Shown in pieces: positions 40,520 through 54,151 of a stretch of DNA of 64,000 nucleotides. The notes below the pieces were generated by a model. That model saw only the letters and a list, made by a program, of their open reading frames with translations, was not told the origin of the DNA and ran no database searches. This DNA comes from Parasitella parasitica NRRL 2501. Taxonomy: Eukaryota; Fungi; Mucoromycota. The position numbers were made by a program, and so were the translations under genes. Location: the NCBI GenBank assembly GCA_025201805.1, contig MU619280.1, positions 34,927 through 98,926 of the forward strand, in the 5' to 3' direction. Positions within the stretch are counted from its first letter, which is position 1, and each line of letters begins with the position of its first letter.

Positions 40520-42199
40520 TGCCGTAATATGTCGCTATTTTTCAAGAAATAAGCTTTAACTAAATCTTAAAATGAAATTGTTTAAATTCATGTTACATTC
40601 AAAATAAGAAAGTGTGATACCGACCTTCAATCGCTGCTTAATACGATCTTTCGCTTATGGAAAATCTTCCAAAACCTTGATGAAAAAACAGTGATAGTTT
40701 CTCGTTACTGAATACCTCATTAGTAAAATCATTCAAGTGATTTTTACCAAAAGAAAAAAAAATTAATACAACTATGCAATGCCTCATTTTAGTTGTATTT
40801 GATAAGTTTCAATATAATGGAAGATTTCATTATATATCCTCTTAGCATATGTTCATATATGAACACACTTTTTCAAGTCCGTAGATTTAATGATGACCCA
40901 GTTCGAATGCTTCATATAATTACCATACGTACCGTCTGCAAAAAATAAAATGCTTGGCGAAGATCTCAAATGACAATTATGCCATTGCAAGATGTATATA
41001 TCAAACACACCATTGTTGGTGCACTATCGAAGAGATTGATGTGGTTTCAAAGGTTTTACGCACTCAAAAGACATACAATGCCCTTTTCTCTCTAGCATTT
41101 TACTTTTGAACTCTTCACCATGGGTATTTTCAAAATTACAGGTAAGTAATCAACAGAAATCAAATGATATCGGTCTATTTAGATTTCATAAATTCTTTTA
41201 TTGCATCTTGCCCCTCGGTTTGACAAAGTGTAAAAGTTTCATTGCTCCTGACTCTCTTTCATTCTTTGCTGTTGTAGACGCTCTTTATTTAGTACCTCGC
41301 TTCCTTGACATAATTCCCGCCCAGAGTTATTTTTTATTATCATTTGATGAAAACTCTCCCTCCTCCAACGTCAAAGAAATATCGTATTTGTAACTCGAGC
41401 AAGTTTAATAATGATATTTTCTCAGGAATGAAAGAAACTATCGATCTCGATATGGTTGAGTATAGAGTCAACGATGCTGATGACGACTATTATTATGCTG
41501 CTACCAATTAGCATTGTTTTTGCGTTTGAATAGAAATGAAATATATGAATCCGTTGGGCTAAATAGATTCGAAAAGAATAAATGATTGTTATTATAAAGA
41601 TTTCATTGTTTGATAGATGAGACCTCGAGCATTTTACTATGTTTCAAAATCTTAGTTGCTAACTAAAGCTTTCAGAATCATTCTGCAGTTACATTATACG
41701 CTGGCCCCTTTTCCTTTGGCGTTTTATCTTGTGATACAAGCTCAAAGCCCTAAGAAGCCCGTCATAGGAGGAGCGCACAGGAGTATTATTGCGCACGGAT
41801 ACACTGGGAGACAAAGGTAATACTGATAATAAACTGAAAGGCGTATGTAATGAAGTATTGATATAAAACAATATGGTTGTAATTATTCTAATGTCAATTA
41901 AATTGTACACCATGACACCAACGCATGACAGCTATCATTTGATGTTATACTTGCAAGCAAGCTGCTTTTTTCTTCATCATATTTGATTGAATATATTATG
42001 ATTGGATTTCGGAAAAAATAGGCTCAATGATGACAGCAATGTGAGGATCTTTTGCACATAGCAGTTGAGTCGAGACACAGCTGATTTTAAATCGAATGTG
42101 GTCGAAAAAAAAAGGTTTAATAATAATTCCTTTTTTTTTCTACTCTTTCTCTTTCTTCTCTGTAAAAGCAAGTTTTTTTTTTTTTGATTCCGGAAGAAT

Positions 42200-43676
42200 A
42201 TGTCGAATTCAGCAAAGAATCTGGAAAGAGAACCTCTTTTGAACACACAGACGACAGGAGGTTCTGTAGTCTCATACACAGTGACTCAACAAAACTGTTC
42301 CAATGTTACCCTGAAAGATCGCACTGCCGCTCAATCAACAAAGAGAAAGTTATGGTTTGCTGTTTGTTTAGCATGCTGCTTTTTTGCTACCGAACTAGTA
42401 GCAGGTTATTTTGCTAATTCTTTGGGTAAGTATTAAACAAGATTACTGTGTTATTCTTTTTTGTTGAATTAAAATTTTTCTTTTTTGGTTTGGATGGTTG
42501 ATTAGCTTTGATGTCCGACGCGTTTCACTTATTATCAGATGTAGCCAGTTTTATAGTTGCATTGGCAGCAATCTATTTAGCAGAGAAGCCAGCAACCAAG
42601 AGTAGGTCTAATTTCTTATTAGAGATGGGATTGCGGATTTTGCTCCTCTCTTACCCCTGATTCAATTAGGACATACATTTGGCTTTCATCGTGCAGAAGT
42701 AATCGCTGCACTTGTTTCCGTATTAACCATTTGGGTACTCACTGGTTTCTTGGTTCATGAAGCTATTCAACGTATTAGAAAACCTCAAGTTATTAATGCT
42801 AAATTGGTGAGGATGCTTTTCAGTTTATTGTGCTACTATATAGGCTAACAAATTGAGATGTCAATTTAACAGATGTGCATAACTGCTGCCATTGGCGTCC
42901 TTGTAAACATTGTGTAAGTATGAATAATCTGCATGTTATATGACTATTAATATGGGAGTAGCTTGGCCTATGTTCTGGGCGGACATCATCATGGTCATTC
43001 TCATGATGAGGAAGTTCATGTCCATAATGAAAATGAGTCTGACCACCAACCTCATAAGGTAGAGATTTCGGACTTTTTTCGGTTACCATGGATACTCAAT
43101 TATTCCGTTACTAGGAAACCAATATCAACCTTAGAGCTGCCGCACTTCATGTTCTTGGAGATTTGTTGGCATCAGTTGGTAAGAAGAAAAGGGCTCAAAT
43201 TTAGCAGTAACAGCACAAATGAATTAAGTATTTTATTTCGACTAGGTGTACTTATTTCATCTATCATTCTTATCTTTAAACCGAAAATGACATTTGTCGA
43301 TCCTTTATGTACTTTTTTCTTCTCGATTTTGGTTCTGTATACAACCTATCATCTTGTCAAGGATTCATTAGCAGTATTGATGGAAGGTGTGCCTGGAAAT
43401 ATTCATCCCGATTTGATTGAAAAGTCTCTATTGGATGTGCCTGGGGTCATTGCTGTTCATGATTTGCACGTTTGGACCTTATCCCCTGGTAAATACTCTT
43501 TAACCGCCCATATAACCATTGATCATAATTCTAGTAATTATGACGAAGTTTTGTCAAAGGGACAACACATTGTCTGTGATGTTTATGGCGTTCATCATTC
43601 TACACTTCAAATAGAATCCGAACAAAGCTCATTCACTAGCCATTGTAATCCCGAATTATGTGCGGTTAGAGCTTAG
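42200..43676 (+). CDS. Cation diffusion facilitator zinc transporter (ZnT2/SLC30-like)
   Basis: [23 protein letters not shown], His-rich loop [41 protein letters not shown]. Confidence 0.93.
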
Positions 43677-43949
43677 CATTTGATACTTTTATATACATGT
43701 TGCATCTTTTTTCTTCTCTTTTATAAAAACATATTTTTTTTATTACATTGTACACATCATTTTTTGACATTTTTTTAATGCTAAAATTACATCATGATGG
43801 ATAAATTGACATCCAAAAAAATTTGCATTTTTACACTAAAAAATGCAATTTCTTGTTTTGTTCTCACATGCTTGAAAAAAGTATTTAATCATTATTCCCC
43901 TTTTTTTCCTTTCTTCCTATATACTTCTCAAAACTTTATTATATAAGAA

Positions 43950-45708
43950 ATGACACAAACCCAATTCATAGGCGCCATTGATCAAGGCACTACATCCACA
44001 CGATTCGTGATATTTAATCAAGAAGGAAAACTTATTACATGGCATCAAATGGAATTTGAGCAGCATTATCCTCATCCTGGGTACGTCTTTTCGTTCACAA
44101 GTCAATAGACCGACTTATCCTCAAGTAATTTATAATACGTTAGCTGGGTTGAGCACGATCCTTACGACATATTAGCCTCTGTTGATACATGTATCGAACA
44201 TGCAGTCCGCAAATTAGGACTAATGGGATACGACGTCTCTGATATCAAATGTGTGGGCATCACAAATCAACGTGAAACAACTGTTGCTTGGGATAGTGAA
44301 ACAGGACAACCACTGTGTCCTGCAATTGTTTGGAGTGATAATCGTACTTCTCATACCGTACAGGAATTGGCTAATCAATCACATTTGCCAGAGGAACAGC
44401 GAGGAATTGAAGCTTTACGTGAAATCTGTGGTTTGCCAATCACAACTTATTTTTCAGCTATTAAATTGAAGTGGATGCTAAATCATGTCCCTGAAGTAAA
44501 AAAGGCACATGAAAACAACCGCCTTCAATTTGGTACGATTGATACCTGGCTTATTTATGTATGTACATGTATCAAAGTGTGATTTACAGTTTGCTTATTT
44601 GTTTTGTATACATGTAGAATCTGACGGGAGGTGCTGATAAAGGTGGTGTTTTGGTTACAGATGTAACGAATGCAAGTCGCACTATGCTGATGGATATCAA
44701 CACATTGCAATGGAGCAAGAAAGCAATTGAGTAAGTGTATAGATAGATGATTCATCTATTCACACTTATTTACCAATTTTAATCAGATTCTTTGGCTTTG
44801 GTGGTCTTAAACTAGCTAAAATTGTTCCTTCTTCGACAGTCTATGGCAAGATCAGCAGTGGTTCGCTTCGAAATGTGTGTATCAGCGGCTGTTTAGGTGA
44901 CCAGCAAAGTGCATTAGTAGGCCAAAAGTGTTTTCGCACTGGTGATGCCAAAAATACTTATGGCACTGGTTGCTTCATGTTGTTCAATGTTGGCGAAAAA
45001 CCAGTTTTTTCCAACAATGGTCTATTGAGTACCGTAGCGTATCAATTTGATGGTCAGCCACCAGTCTATGCTCTTGAAGGTTCCGTTGCAGTCGCGGGTT
45101 CTTCTATTCAATGGTTACGCGACAATATGAAGATTATTCAAAACGCTCAGCAAATTGGCGAACTAGCCGCCAAAGTCAATAGTACTGCAGGCGTCTATTT
45201 CGTTACAGCATTGAACGGTTTGTTTGCTCCTTACTGGCGTGATGATGCTCGTGGCACCATTTGTGGATTGACGCAGTTTACTAAACGAGAGCATATTGCA
45301 CGAGCAACATTGGAAGCGGTCTGCTATCAAACACGGGCTATTCTGGAAGCAATGAATAAAGACGCAAAACAACCTTTACGTTCATTGAAGGTGGATGGGG
45401 GTGTCTCCAACTCAGACATATGCATGCAAATCCAAGCTGATGTGTTAAACATTGAAGTGGACCGTCCTGAAATGAGAGAAACAACCGCTCTTGGTGCAGC
45501 CATTGCTGCCGGTTTGGCAATGGACATTTGGAAGAGCACGGATGACCTTCAACATGTAAATGAAGATGGCAGAACTATTTTCAAGTCTCAAATTTCAGAT
45601 AGAAAACGTGAAAAGATGTATAATGGATGGAAGGAGGCCATTCAGAGATCACTTGGTTGGGCCCAAGTGCTGGGTCAAACCTCTGATACAGAGGATGAAG
45701 ATTTTTAG
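43950..45708 (+). CDS. GUT1: Glycerol kinase
   Basis: [67 protein letters not shown]. Confidence 0.96.
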
Positions 45709-46144
45709 ACATTTTGAGGCAATTTGAATTAAATAAATATCTTTAGAGAGGCTATGTAACTTGAGTTCAATTATCTGTCAATTAAGAAGCGGAAAAAACT
45801 TCTTTTCTAAATAATAGTCGCAAATGAACTGTTGCCATTAATGCTGTTCATGCGCTTCTTCATTTACTGGACTTGAATATCCGAGATCGATCGAAAAGAC
45901 TAGTTGTCAATGGCAGTTGCGATTTCGTGAGAAGGTGATAGAACAAATGTAACAGTGACGACAGGTTGAAATACACCAGCATCTTCTAAATAACAGATAA
46001 ATCACGATACGATTCCAATTTGGATTTTATAAACGTTTTATCGAGTCACGATGCTACGAGATCCATAACGTTTAAATGAAGGAACCAAAGCAATTTTCTT
46101 GTTTCTTAATATTTACATTAGCTGCATAGTAAAAACCTTTACAA

Positions 46145-47447
46145 ATGGGACAGCAATCTGTTATTTACTGGCTTACTCAATCTGGTCACAATTTTCCTCA
46201 AAATGCTACATGGGATCATGCTCGAAACATATTACAGAGATACTTCCAGAACATCTCCTCTTTCTCTGCTATAAGTTCATTTGTGTGCTCCAACATTCAA
46301 GAACCCTCACAGCTCATCAGGCTTTACAAGGAGACTGATCCTCTTGAAAGCTCTCTTTATTTTTCTAGCGTATTGATTGTGACACATTATCTTATGTCTG
46401 AAATAACCAAAAACTATAGCCAAGTCGGTAAATGATAGAAATATCTCACATGCATCAAATTGAATTGACTCATGCATTTTGAATGTAAAAAAAAAAAATT
46501 AATAGACAGAGCTTGGTCCATTCTGCCTGGGATATACGCTTGGCATTTTACCATCCATGATTATCTTTTAAATGAAAGCTTCCATCCAAGACTCTTGGTT
46601 GGCAGTATTCTGATTTCTATCTGGGGCGCTCGTCTCACTTACAACTTTGCCAGGTAAGCACACATAAGTTATAGTATAATAGAGAGCATTAAACTGAACA
46701 TAAATACAATGTAGAAAGGGAGGATATTACTTTACAGGACATGATTACCGCTTCCCTTACTTGCGTGAAAATCTTGGGGCTGTTGGCATGGGATTATTGA
46801 ACCTTGTGTTTATTGCTCCATTTCAAAATCTTTTACTCTTATTTATGGTTACACCTCTTTATATCACGCACAGTTTGTTCTCAAAAGTATCGACCCGCGC
46901 TACTAGACTCTCTTGTCTGGATTGGACTACCGTCACGCTTCATTTAGCCTTTTTGTTTATCGAAGTCGTCGCTGATGAACAACAGTATGTTTTCCAGACA
47001 GAGAAGTATGCACTTTTAAGCCATCTGAAAAAAGATCAGCTCAAAGGGGATTACAAATTGGGCTTTTTATGGCATTCTGGATTGTTTCAATATAGTCGTC
47101 ATCCTAATTTCTTTGCTGAACAAGCAATGTGGTGGGTCATTTACTTGTTTTCAGTGTCTGCTGTACAAGAAGCATCCAACATGGATGATCCGAGTACATA
47201 TTTTAACTGGACGATAGCAGCACCCATTGTATTGACAGCTCTGTTTCTGGGGAGCACAGCACTTACTGAGGTAATATGTTTTTGATTATACGGTTGCGTT
47301 GATCATTAGGCATTGACCATATTCTTATAGAAAATTTCTAGTGATAAATACGCAGCCTACACAGACTATCGTAAATCTGTCAATAAATTTATTCCTTGGT
47401 TTCCTCGACGCACATCTGTCAAAGATGCTGCTAAAAAAGAGCTATAA
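46145..47447 (+). CDS. DUF1295 / steroid 5-alpha-reductase-like membrane protein
   Basis: NYSQVDRAWSILP, WGARLTYNFARKGGY, DYRF, ADEQQ, GLFQYSRHPNFFAEQ. Confidence 0.88.
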
Positions 47448-48860
47448 TACTATGCGCTCATAGTCCTATTAATAAATAAAGGAAACTTATTTTTTCAATG
47501 ATACCCACGTTTTTTTGGGAGTAGCAAAGCAAAGAACAAATGTCATCAAATTATATTATACACAATATTAAACACTAAACTCCTAAAGATTAGCACCTGC
47601 AGTTTGGCATCGTAAACTTTGTATATAGACTCACAATAAATGTTGACTTAATAATATATTGGTTTTATTATCAAATCGACGGGTGTTTAAAGCTGGCATA
47701 CCCCTACTGGCCATCTCATTAGATTCAAGAAAATTTATATCTGTCTGATAAGTGATTAGATAGACTTTATCCAAGGTACCCTGATCAATCTATAAGGGTA
47801 TATCATTTCTGGTATAATCCTACTTAGGCTATATCGATAGTACGTATATTGTTTCGTAACCATCTTTAGCAGAAATCTGGATAAGTGTCGCTTGTCTATT
47901 ACACTGCTGAAAAGTATAGCAGAAGTCCTATTGGGTCAAGAAAGATAATAAAAACCAAATGTTAACGAGATACGAAAAGTTAAAGATACATTTTATTTAA
48001 GATCGAAATTGCATCTGCTATTCATACTTTTTACAGCTACATAGATTTATGGTGACTTATTTAGATTACTAATTGACAAGACTGATTCACAGTGACAATC
48101 TACTTGACAGGTTACGATATGAGGTTATACAACTTGGGCTACACTTCTTTGATCTGACAGTGCCTTAACCTTTATCCTGGTGCTCAGATCTGTGTTACTT
48201 GCAGGAATAACCTTCTTGATTTGAAACAGTGTGTTGTATCCATAGAATACCATGGTTACCACTATCTCAACCCAGTTGTCATGGCAACCGTTCCTGATCG
48301 GATCTAAGGTAAATGGCATCGATTACTCTATTTAGTAAATAGAAGTTTTCAATAGAATGTCTTGTATAAGAAACCATCTATTTGGATTCTACTTATTCTA
48401 AATTGCGAGGCTCAACTTATCGATGACTGATTCACATTCACAACGATTTGCTGATTAAATATAGAAACAGGTCTTGCTCTGACTACTACTGTGTTATAAT
48501 CTTGTTTGACAATTAAATGTCAAACATGACGACCTGATTGTATTTTATAGATTGATTCAGGTAGATTTATTCTAATATAAATGGACAGCTTCTTGTCAAT
48601 CAATAAATCAATAGTTTTGTATCTGGTAAATTAAGCCTTTATTGCTTTCTTTTATTCTTTATATCGTGCTCAATTTCAAGACCTGGCACAACAGTTGGTT
48701 CGACCCCAAAGTTAGGTCTAATTTTTGCGCAATTTTCACAAAGTATGAGACGTTTACAGTTTTTTTCTTGGTATATAACTGAGAGACTTTAGTTCGGGGC
48801 AAGCGCTCATTCATTTTTCTCTCTCGTTCAAACCAGCCCTTTTTTTTTGCTTCACAAAAA

Positions 48861-49619
48861 ATGGAAGGTTTACACCTTAGAAAGAGAGAAAAGAGCTTGA
48901 ATGCTGAAGAGGAAACATATTTTCTGGATGAAGAAGGTGCTATTAAAGAAACGAAAGATCAGTAAATTGCATTATTAAATTTTTTTTCTGTTCTAAGAAC
49001 AAGAAAGATTACTACAAGAACTTCGTAAACAGAATGATATAGCAAATCAGAATATTCAAGTAATCAGGTTTTACTTAAAGAAAAAGAAAATTCTCTCACT
49101 CAGGTTAACTATAGATTGGTCTTGTCGCTATTGGGTTATTGGTTGAAGCGCTGTAAGAAACAGTGAAAGCTTTTCCATTCATATCAAGTACATACTTACA
49201 GTACATGAAATTTTTGTAGATTTGGTAGTGTTTTACTGCAGAGAACGAATATACCCACTATACCGATTGCAGATATCTTTGGTTCAACACCTTCTCTCTT
49301 GAAATCACCTATTTTTGCGGTGATTTGCAACTTAATATCAGTAGCGTTGGCAATTTTAACGCTTTTGAGTTGCTCCAGGGTAAAAACAAAATTAAGGCCT
49401 CGTCTTCCCGTTCAATATACTGGATCAGCTGCCATTATAATAGGACTCATCTCACCATTCATGAGCCTTTTCAATCATACGACTTATATAGAGCTATTCT
49501 TTTGGACAATTCCCATTGTATTGATGATGATGTATTCCTTTGCTATCCATATGATAAATCAAGTTTATCAAGGTCTCGACGAATTAGAAGGCTCAAAATA
49601 TAAATACAAAGGTGCTTAA
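48861..49619 (+). CDS. Uncharacterised small membrane protein, 4 exons
   Basis: MEGLHLRKR...FLDEE|EQERLLQELRKQND..., hydrophobic helices, ending LDELEGSKYKYKGA; GT-AG introns. Confidence 0.75.
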
Positions 49620-49673
49620 TAAAAAAAAAATTGTGTGCAGTAGGTTTTTCTTCTAGTTTACCAAACTTTTTTC

Positions 49674-50481
49674 ATGATATTCCCACCAATTTGCTATCGT
49701 TGCCGAGAAACTATTATCGATATAGCACAATCAATCGATTGTAGCCAGTGTTACAGGTACTGGCATTTGAATTGTCTGATAGATCCTATAGATAATAAAG
49801 CAATGCTTGATAAAGATTGGAAGTGCCCACAGCACGATGGCAGATCCTATGTAAACTTGCAGTAGTGGAGGCAAGCCATGCTTTGTATATTGATTTATTG
49901 TTGAGTCTAGGCACGAAAGCGTAAACTGATAAAGAAACATGACCAGATTATAAAAGTCGAGCAACCAAAAGAAGACCTAACTTTTCTAGAAGCAGACAAA
50001 ATTATTGACTATGGAGGTATTGTACATAGCATAAAGTCATCTGAAATCGAAAGCGACTTTTTGAATTATGCGAGAAGGTAAAAGATTTTACATTTTATAA
50101 CCAAAAGAGTTTTAACGTCAAGTTGTATAGATATCGTAACCATCAATCATTGTGCAACGTAAAGCGCCACATTGAATTAGAAGCAAGTGAATGGCTTGAA
50201 AGTCTGCAATCGTTTCAATTTCAAGATATACCACAGTTTCAAAACAACGGTATTCAAATGCTGTTAGATGCTGCTAATGTAAGCGAACAGAAATGTTGTT
50301 AAGCTTTCAAAGTTTACTCAATGATATTTACTAGATGGACGATTCATTATCCATGTCATCACAATCAACAATACCAGAAGAAGTCGTTTTAATAAACAAC
50401 TTCAATTATGAAAGATACCAAGCCATTGAAGAGTTAATTAATCTTAAAGGTCAAGACAAGCTAACAAGTTTATTAAAATGA
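49674..50481 (+). CDS. Short PHD-finger protein (Rco1 PHD2-like), multi-exon
   Basis: CYRC..IDCSQCYRYWHLNCL..WKCPQH, followed by IIDYGGIVHSIKSSEIESDFLNYARR. Confidence 0.65.
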
Positions 50482-50571
50482 GAGTTTCCACTTGATCGCG
50501 CACAACATCATAAATAAACCGCAACCATTAAAACTCCAGAAAAAAAAAACTTTTTTTCACTTTTCTCCCTC

Positions 50572-51736
50572 ATGTCAAATCCTGTAGACGTTCAAACTTG
50601 CAGTAATATTCTTCCACCATTTCAGCTTGTCAAAGGCATCGATCTAGTATATAACGATGATTACGTTTTTGATGTATCAGCAAACTCACAGTATGCCATC
50701 ACTTCGGCTTCAGACAATTTTGTTCGCCTTTACGACCTCAGTACATTACAATTATCTTACACCATCCCCGTTCACAAGGAGAGAATCTCTAAAATGAAAC
50801 TCAAAAGCGACCAATATCTATTTACAGCGAGCGAGGATCAAACATTAAAACGATGGGATTTACGAGCTGCGGGATCTACGGGGCCCGTACAGATATTCAA
50901 ATGTAAGTTGCTGACACTGAAGAGTTTAATGTCTATTGACACTATGTTAGATATTAAACCATTGACTGCATTTGATTTTAATTGCAATGACACAATGGCT
51001 ATTGCAGGAACTGAATTTTCGACTAGCACACAATCTGCCGATCTTGCTTTCTTTGATACCCGAAGTACTTCATTGTTGCATACATTTGACGAATCTCACG
51101 GCGATGATATCACAGAGGTATTTTTGTACATGCTTGTCGAAAGCAAAAAATACTAACTATGTTAGATTCAATGCCACCCAACTTTGCCTGCGCAATTTAT
51201 ATCCTGCTCTACTGATGGATTGCTTAACAATTACGATGTGACGGAATTCGATGAAGAGGAGGCAATGATATCTGTTATCAATTCTGGATCCTCAGTAAAC
51301 AAAGCAGGTTACTTTGGCCCTAGTGCCGAATATCTCTACTGTCTGACACATGTTGAAACATTCTCTTTACATACATTGGAAGGAGACACTATTTGTAATT
51401 TTGGCGATGTACGCTCTATTGGATTAACGCCTGTTGATTATGCTATTGACTGCAGCTACGATCCCATTGCACAAAGATTCTATTTAGTTACTGGAAATAA
51501 TAGGTAACAATTCCGTGATAACATATATTGTAAAGTCTATATTTTAACTCTATCATACTAGTGGTACGATGGATTTCTTTCATGTTAATGTTGGACAGCT
51601 TCAGCATTGTCAACAATTAAACGTGGCAGAAGGTCATTCGGATGTTGTTCGCTCGTTTTACTGGAATCACCCAACTCAAAGCATCTTGAGTGGCGGTGAG
51701 GATGGTAGACTATGTGCTTGGCAGGGTCAAGCATGA
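50572..51736 (+). CDS. WDR89: WD40-repeat protein WDR89-like
   Basis: WDLR, FDESHGDDITE, STDGLLNNYD, SSVNKAGYFG, LTHVETFSL, HSDVVRS, SGGEDGRLCAW. Confidence 0.85.
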
Positions 51737-51948
51737 GCCCAGCATTTATAGATATTTATAAAGCTTTTGAATTATTTTTGAATATTTGATTGTTGTCATT
51801 TGACAAAAAGAACAAGGTCTATACTTTTAAGAATACCAGAGATGGGCTATTATTCATTAAAAACGTATAAAACGAGCTTACTTTTCTTCATAACTTTAAT
51901 TCTACTATAATATTTACATCTCACTCATATTTAATAGCTATATTAACA

Positions 51949-52116
51949 ATGCATATTGGATTAAAAATCGGCATAGCGCTTGGCTGTTTAATCATAATTC
52001 CTCTTTCCACCTTGATTGCGCTTGAATGCTTTAATTTAGGCCCACTAGTAACTGACGCAGACAAGGAGTTCTTTGCTAGCTTATTGACTGCCAAACCATT
52101 AAGCGATAATATATAG
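51949..52116 (+). CDS. Putative 55-aa single-pass membrane microprotein
   Basis: MHIGLKIGIALGCLIIIPLSTLIALECFNLGPLVTDADKEFFASLLTAKPLSDNI*; TATAAAA at ~51866, ACAATG start context, AATAAA at ~52131. Confidence 0.5.
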   Translation: MHIGLKIGIALGCLIIIPLSTLIALECFNLGPLVTDADKEFFASLLTAKPLSDNI

Positions 52117-53779
52117 TTTCAATTTCTGTTAAATAAAATGAACTTTGCCAACTTTTTTATTTCTAGTTTCTGATAAATTGCTCGATGCACTCGTGATAAC
52201 AAAATGCAGATGAAAATTGCATTCTGTGAAATTGCTAATTTTTTTCCTTATACTCATTCATTGAAAAAAAAATTGCAAACATTGTTAAAAGCTGCGAGAT
52301 CTATTTGTACGTTACTTTGGCCATAGGGCAATTGTCCAGTATTTTTTAGAGGGCTGCAGGTAGCTAATATTTGGTTGTATCGCCATTTAGACGATGATAA
52401 GCTATTACGCCGCCACGTTTGGCCAAATTATTGACCTTCGCTTCATTATGGTAAATTTAACCTTACTGAAGCGGTGTGCTGCTGCAGGCCTGCTCCGCCT
52501 TTGAGAAATAAAAAGTTTATAAAGCGTTTCAGGAAATGGGTTTAGCTAACATACTGGAGATAACATCTATTCCACAGGAATGTGGCATATAGTAGGATTT
52601 GAAACAGTAGGCTTATTCACACTTGTATTGATTGTGTTCATCGTGCCACTTAATCTGTGTGTGTTCTCCTAGTACGGCTCTGTCTTCAGCTAAACGACAT
52701 TATTGTATTCATAGAATAAAATAAGTCGCCATTATTCTGTACTAGTCGTCATGGTAACCGTTATCATAGCAAAAGTGCCTGGATTAAACCTAATGTTATA
52801 GAATACAATGGATTACCATTAATTTACGTTCATCTTCGTGGCAATTGTTGCTATAATAGCTGTTCCTGGATCGGATCACACGTTATAATTTTGTTTAAAA
52901 TAAATGTCAAATATGGTCTGATTGTACACATAGATTGATTCATGTAGAGTTAGTTAATATAAACAGTTAACTTCCTTTTGATCAATGAAAACTGTAGTTC
53001 GTATTTGGTAAATACAGTCTTTATACCATATACAATCATCAACTGTGCCCTTTTCGAAACAAGACATAACAGGCATAGGATATCTACTACAATGCCTAGT
53101 AATTCAAGATGTCTACATTGTTGTATCTAGAATTGACTTCATGGCCATAAAATAACTCGTAACTTCCCTAGAAGTATCTTGAGTTAAGGTGTGGATGGCA
53201 AAATTTCAATATCTTTGAAAAGCTTGCTGTCATGAATTACTTTTTTTTAAACTATTTCACTTAATACGATAGTGCAAATGTACATAGTCGACTTCTACAC
53301 ATATTTCCACATCTACATCCTTGAGCAACATTTCTGCGAATAAGAATGTTGATTCAGTGGAAAGCATTTCTGTGGCTTAAGGGTTTTACTCATTGAATTT
53401 CAAGTTAAGGACTCAATCAAATGAAGAAGAACCGATCCATTCGTGAGGGAATGTTGTGCGGTATACACAGCTCAAAAATCATTCACGACAATAGTAAAAG
53501 CAGTATATGAAAAAAGGACACTATAAACGATGAAAGATGTAAACCAAGAGTAGGCAATACCATAGAATGATGGGTATACGAATAGAATTGCGTCCAGCCA
53601 GGTTCAATCGATTTTAATTCCAAAGAGATTGTGATTTTTTTTAAAAGAGAAGAATCTCAGTTAAAGGGTTCGTTCTCGTCTCACCCCTTTTCTTCCATTT
53701 CGTTTTGCCTTCCTTAGGAGCAGCAAAATCGAAACCAAAGAAAAACAACTAAATTTATTTTAGGCGCAAAAACAAATTT

Positions 53780-54151
53780 TTACTCTTCATCGTCCTCGGC
53801 TTCATCATCGTTAGCAATGTTGAAATAACGAAGTTGGAAAGTTTGCTTGTCAGAGGCAATGACACGGAGCCAATCACGGATTTGGTTCTTCTTCAAGAAC
53901 TTCTTGGTGAGGTACTTGAGGTAACGCTTGGAGAAGGCAATGTTGGTGACAACGGTAATCTTGTTATCAGCAGAACGAGAGATGGTAACAGCCTCGCCGA
54001 GATTGTTGGTACGACCGTCAACCTTTATACGATCATGGAGGTACTTTTCGAAAGCGGCAGCATCGAAGATCTTGTCGTTGGCGGGACCAGAGCAGTCAAT
54101 GACAAACTTGGACTTCTTGACGGCAGTGGTGGAGGTCTTGACAGGAGCCAT
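53780..54151 (-). CDS. RPL22: 60S ribosomal protein L22 (eL22)
   Basis: KFVIDCS.PANDKIFD..FEKYLHDRIKVDG, FSKRYLKYLTKKFLKKNQIRDWLRV; strong codon bias. Confidence 0.98.
   Translation of the reverse strand: MAPVKTSTTAVKKSKFVIDCSGPANDKIFDAAAFEKYLHDRIKVDGRTNNLGEAVTISRSADNKITVVTNIAFSKRYLKYLTKKFLKKNQIRDWLRVIASDKQTFQLRYFNIANDDEAEDDEE

Noticed and set aside
40900-41510. Possible small spliced gene
   Set aside because: Has a GTAAGT donor and an AG acceptor, but stops occur in all frames and there is no recognisable motif; at best an unidentifiable relic
47600-48650. Possible degenerate transposon
   Set aside because: No TIR, LTR or transposase motif that I can support
53040-53450. Possible minus-strand pseudogene fragment
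   Set aside because: Coding-like stretches with stops but no identifiable family
53780-54151. RPL22 as a processed retrocopy
   Set aside because: Intronless, but intact with strong ribosomal-type codon bias and no poly(A)/TSD evidence
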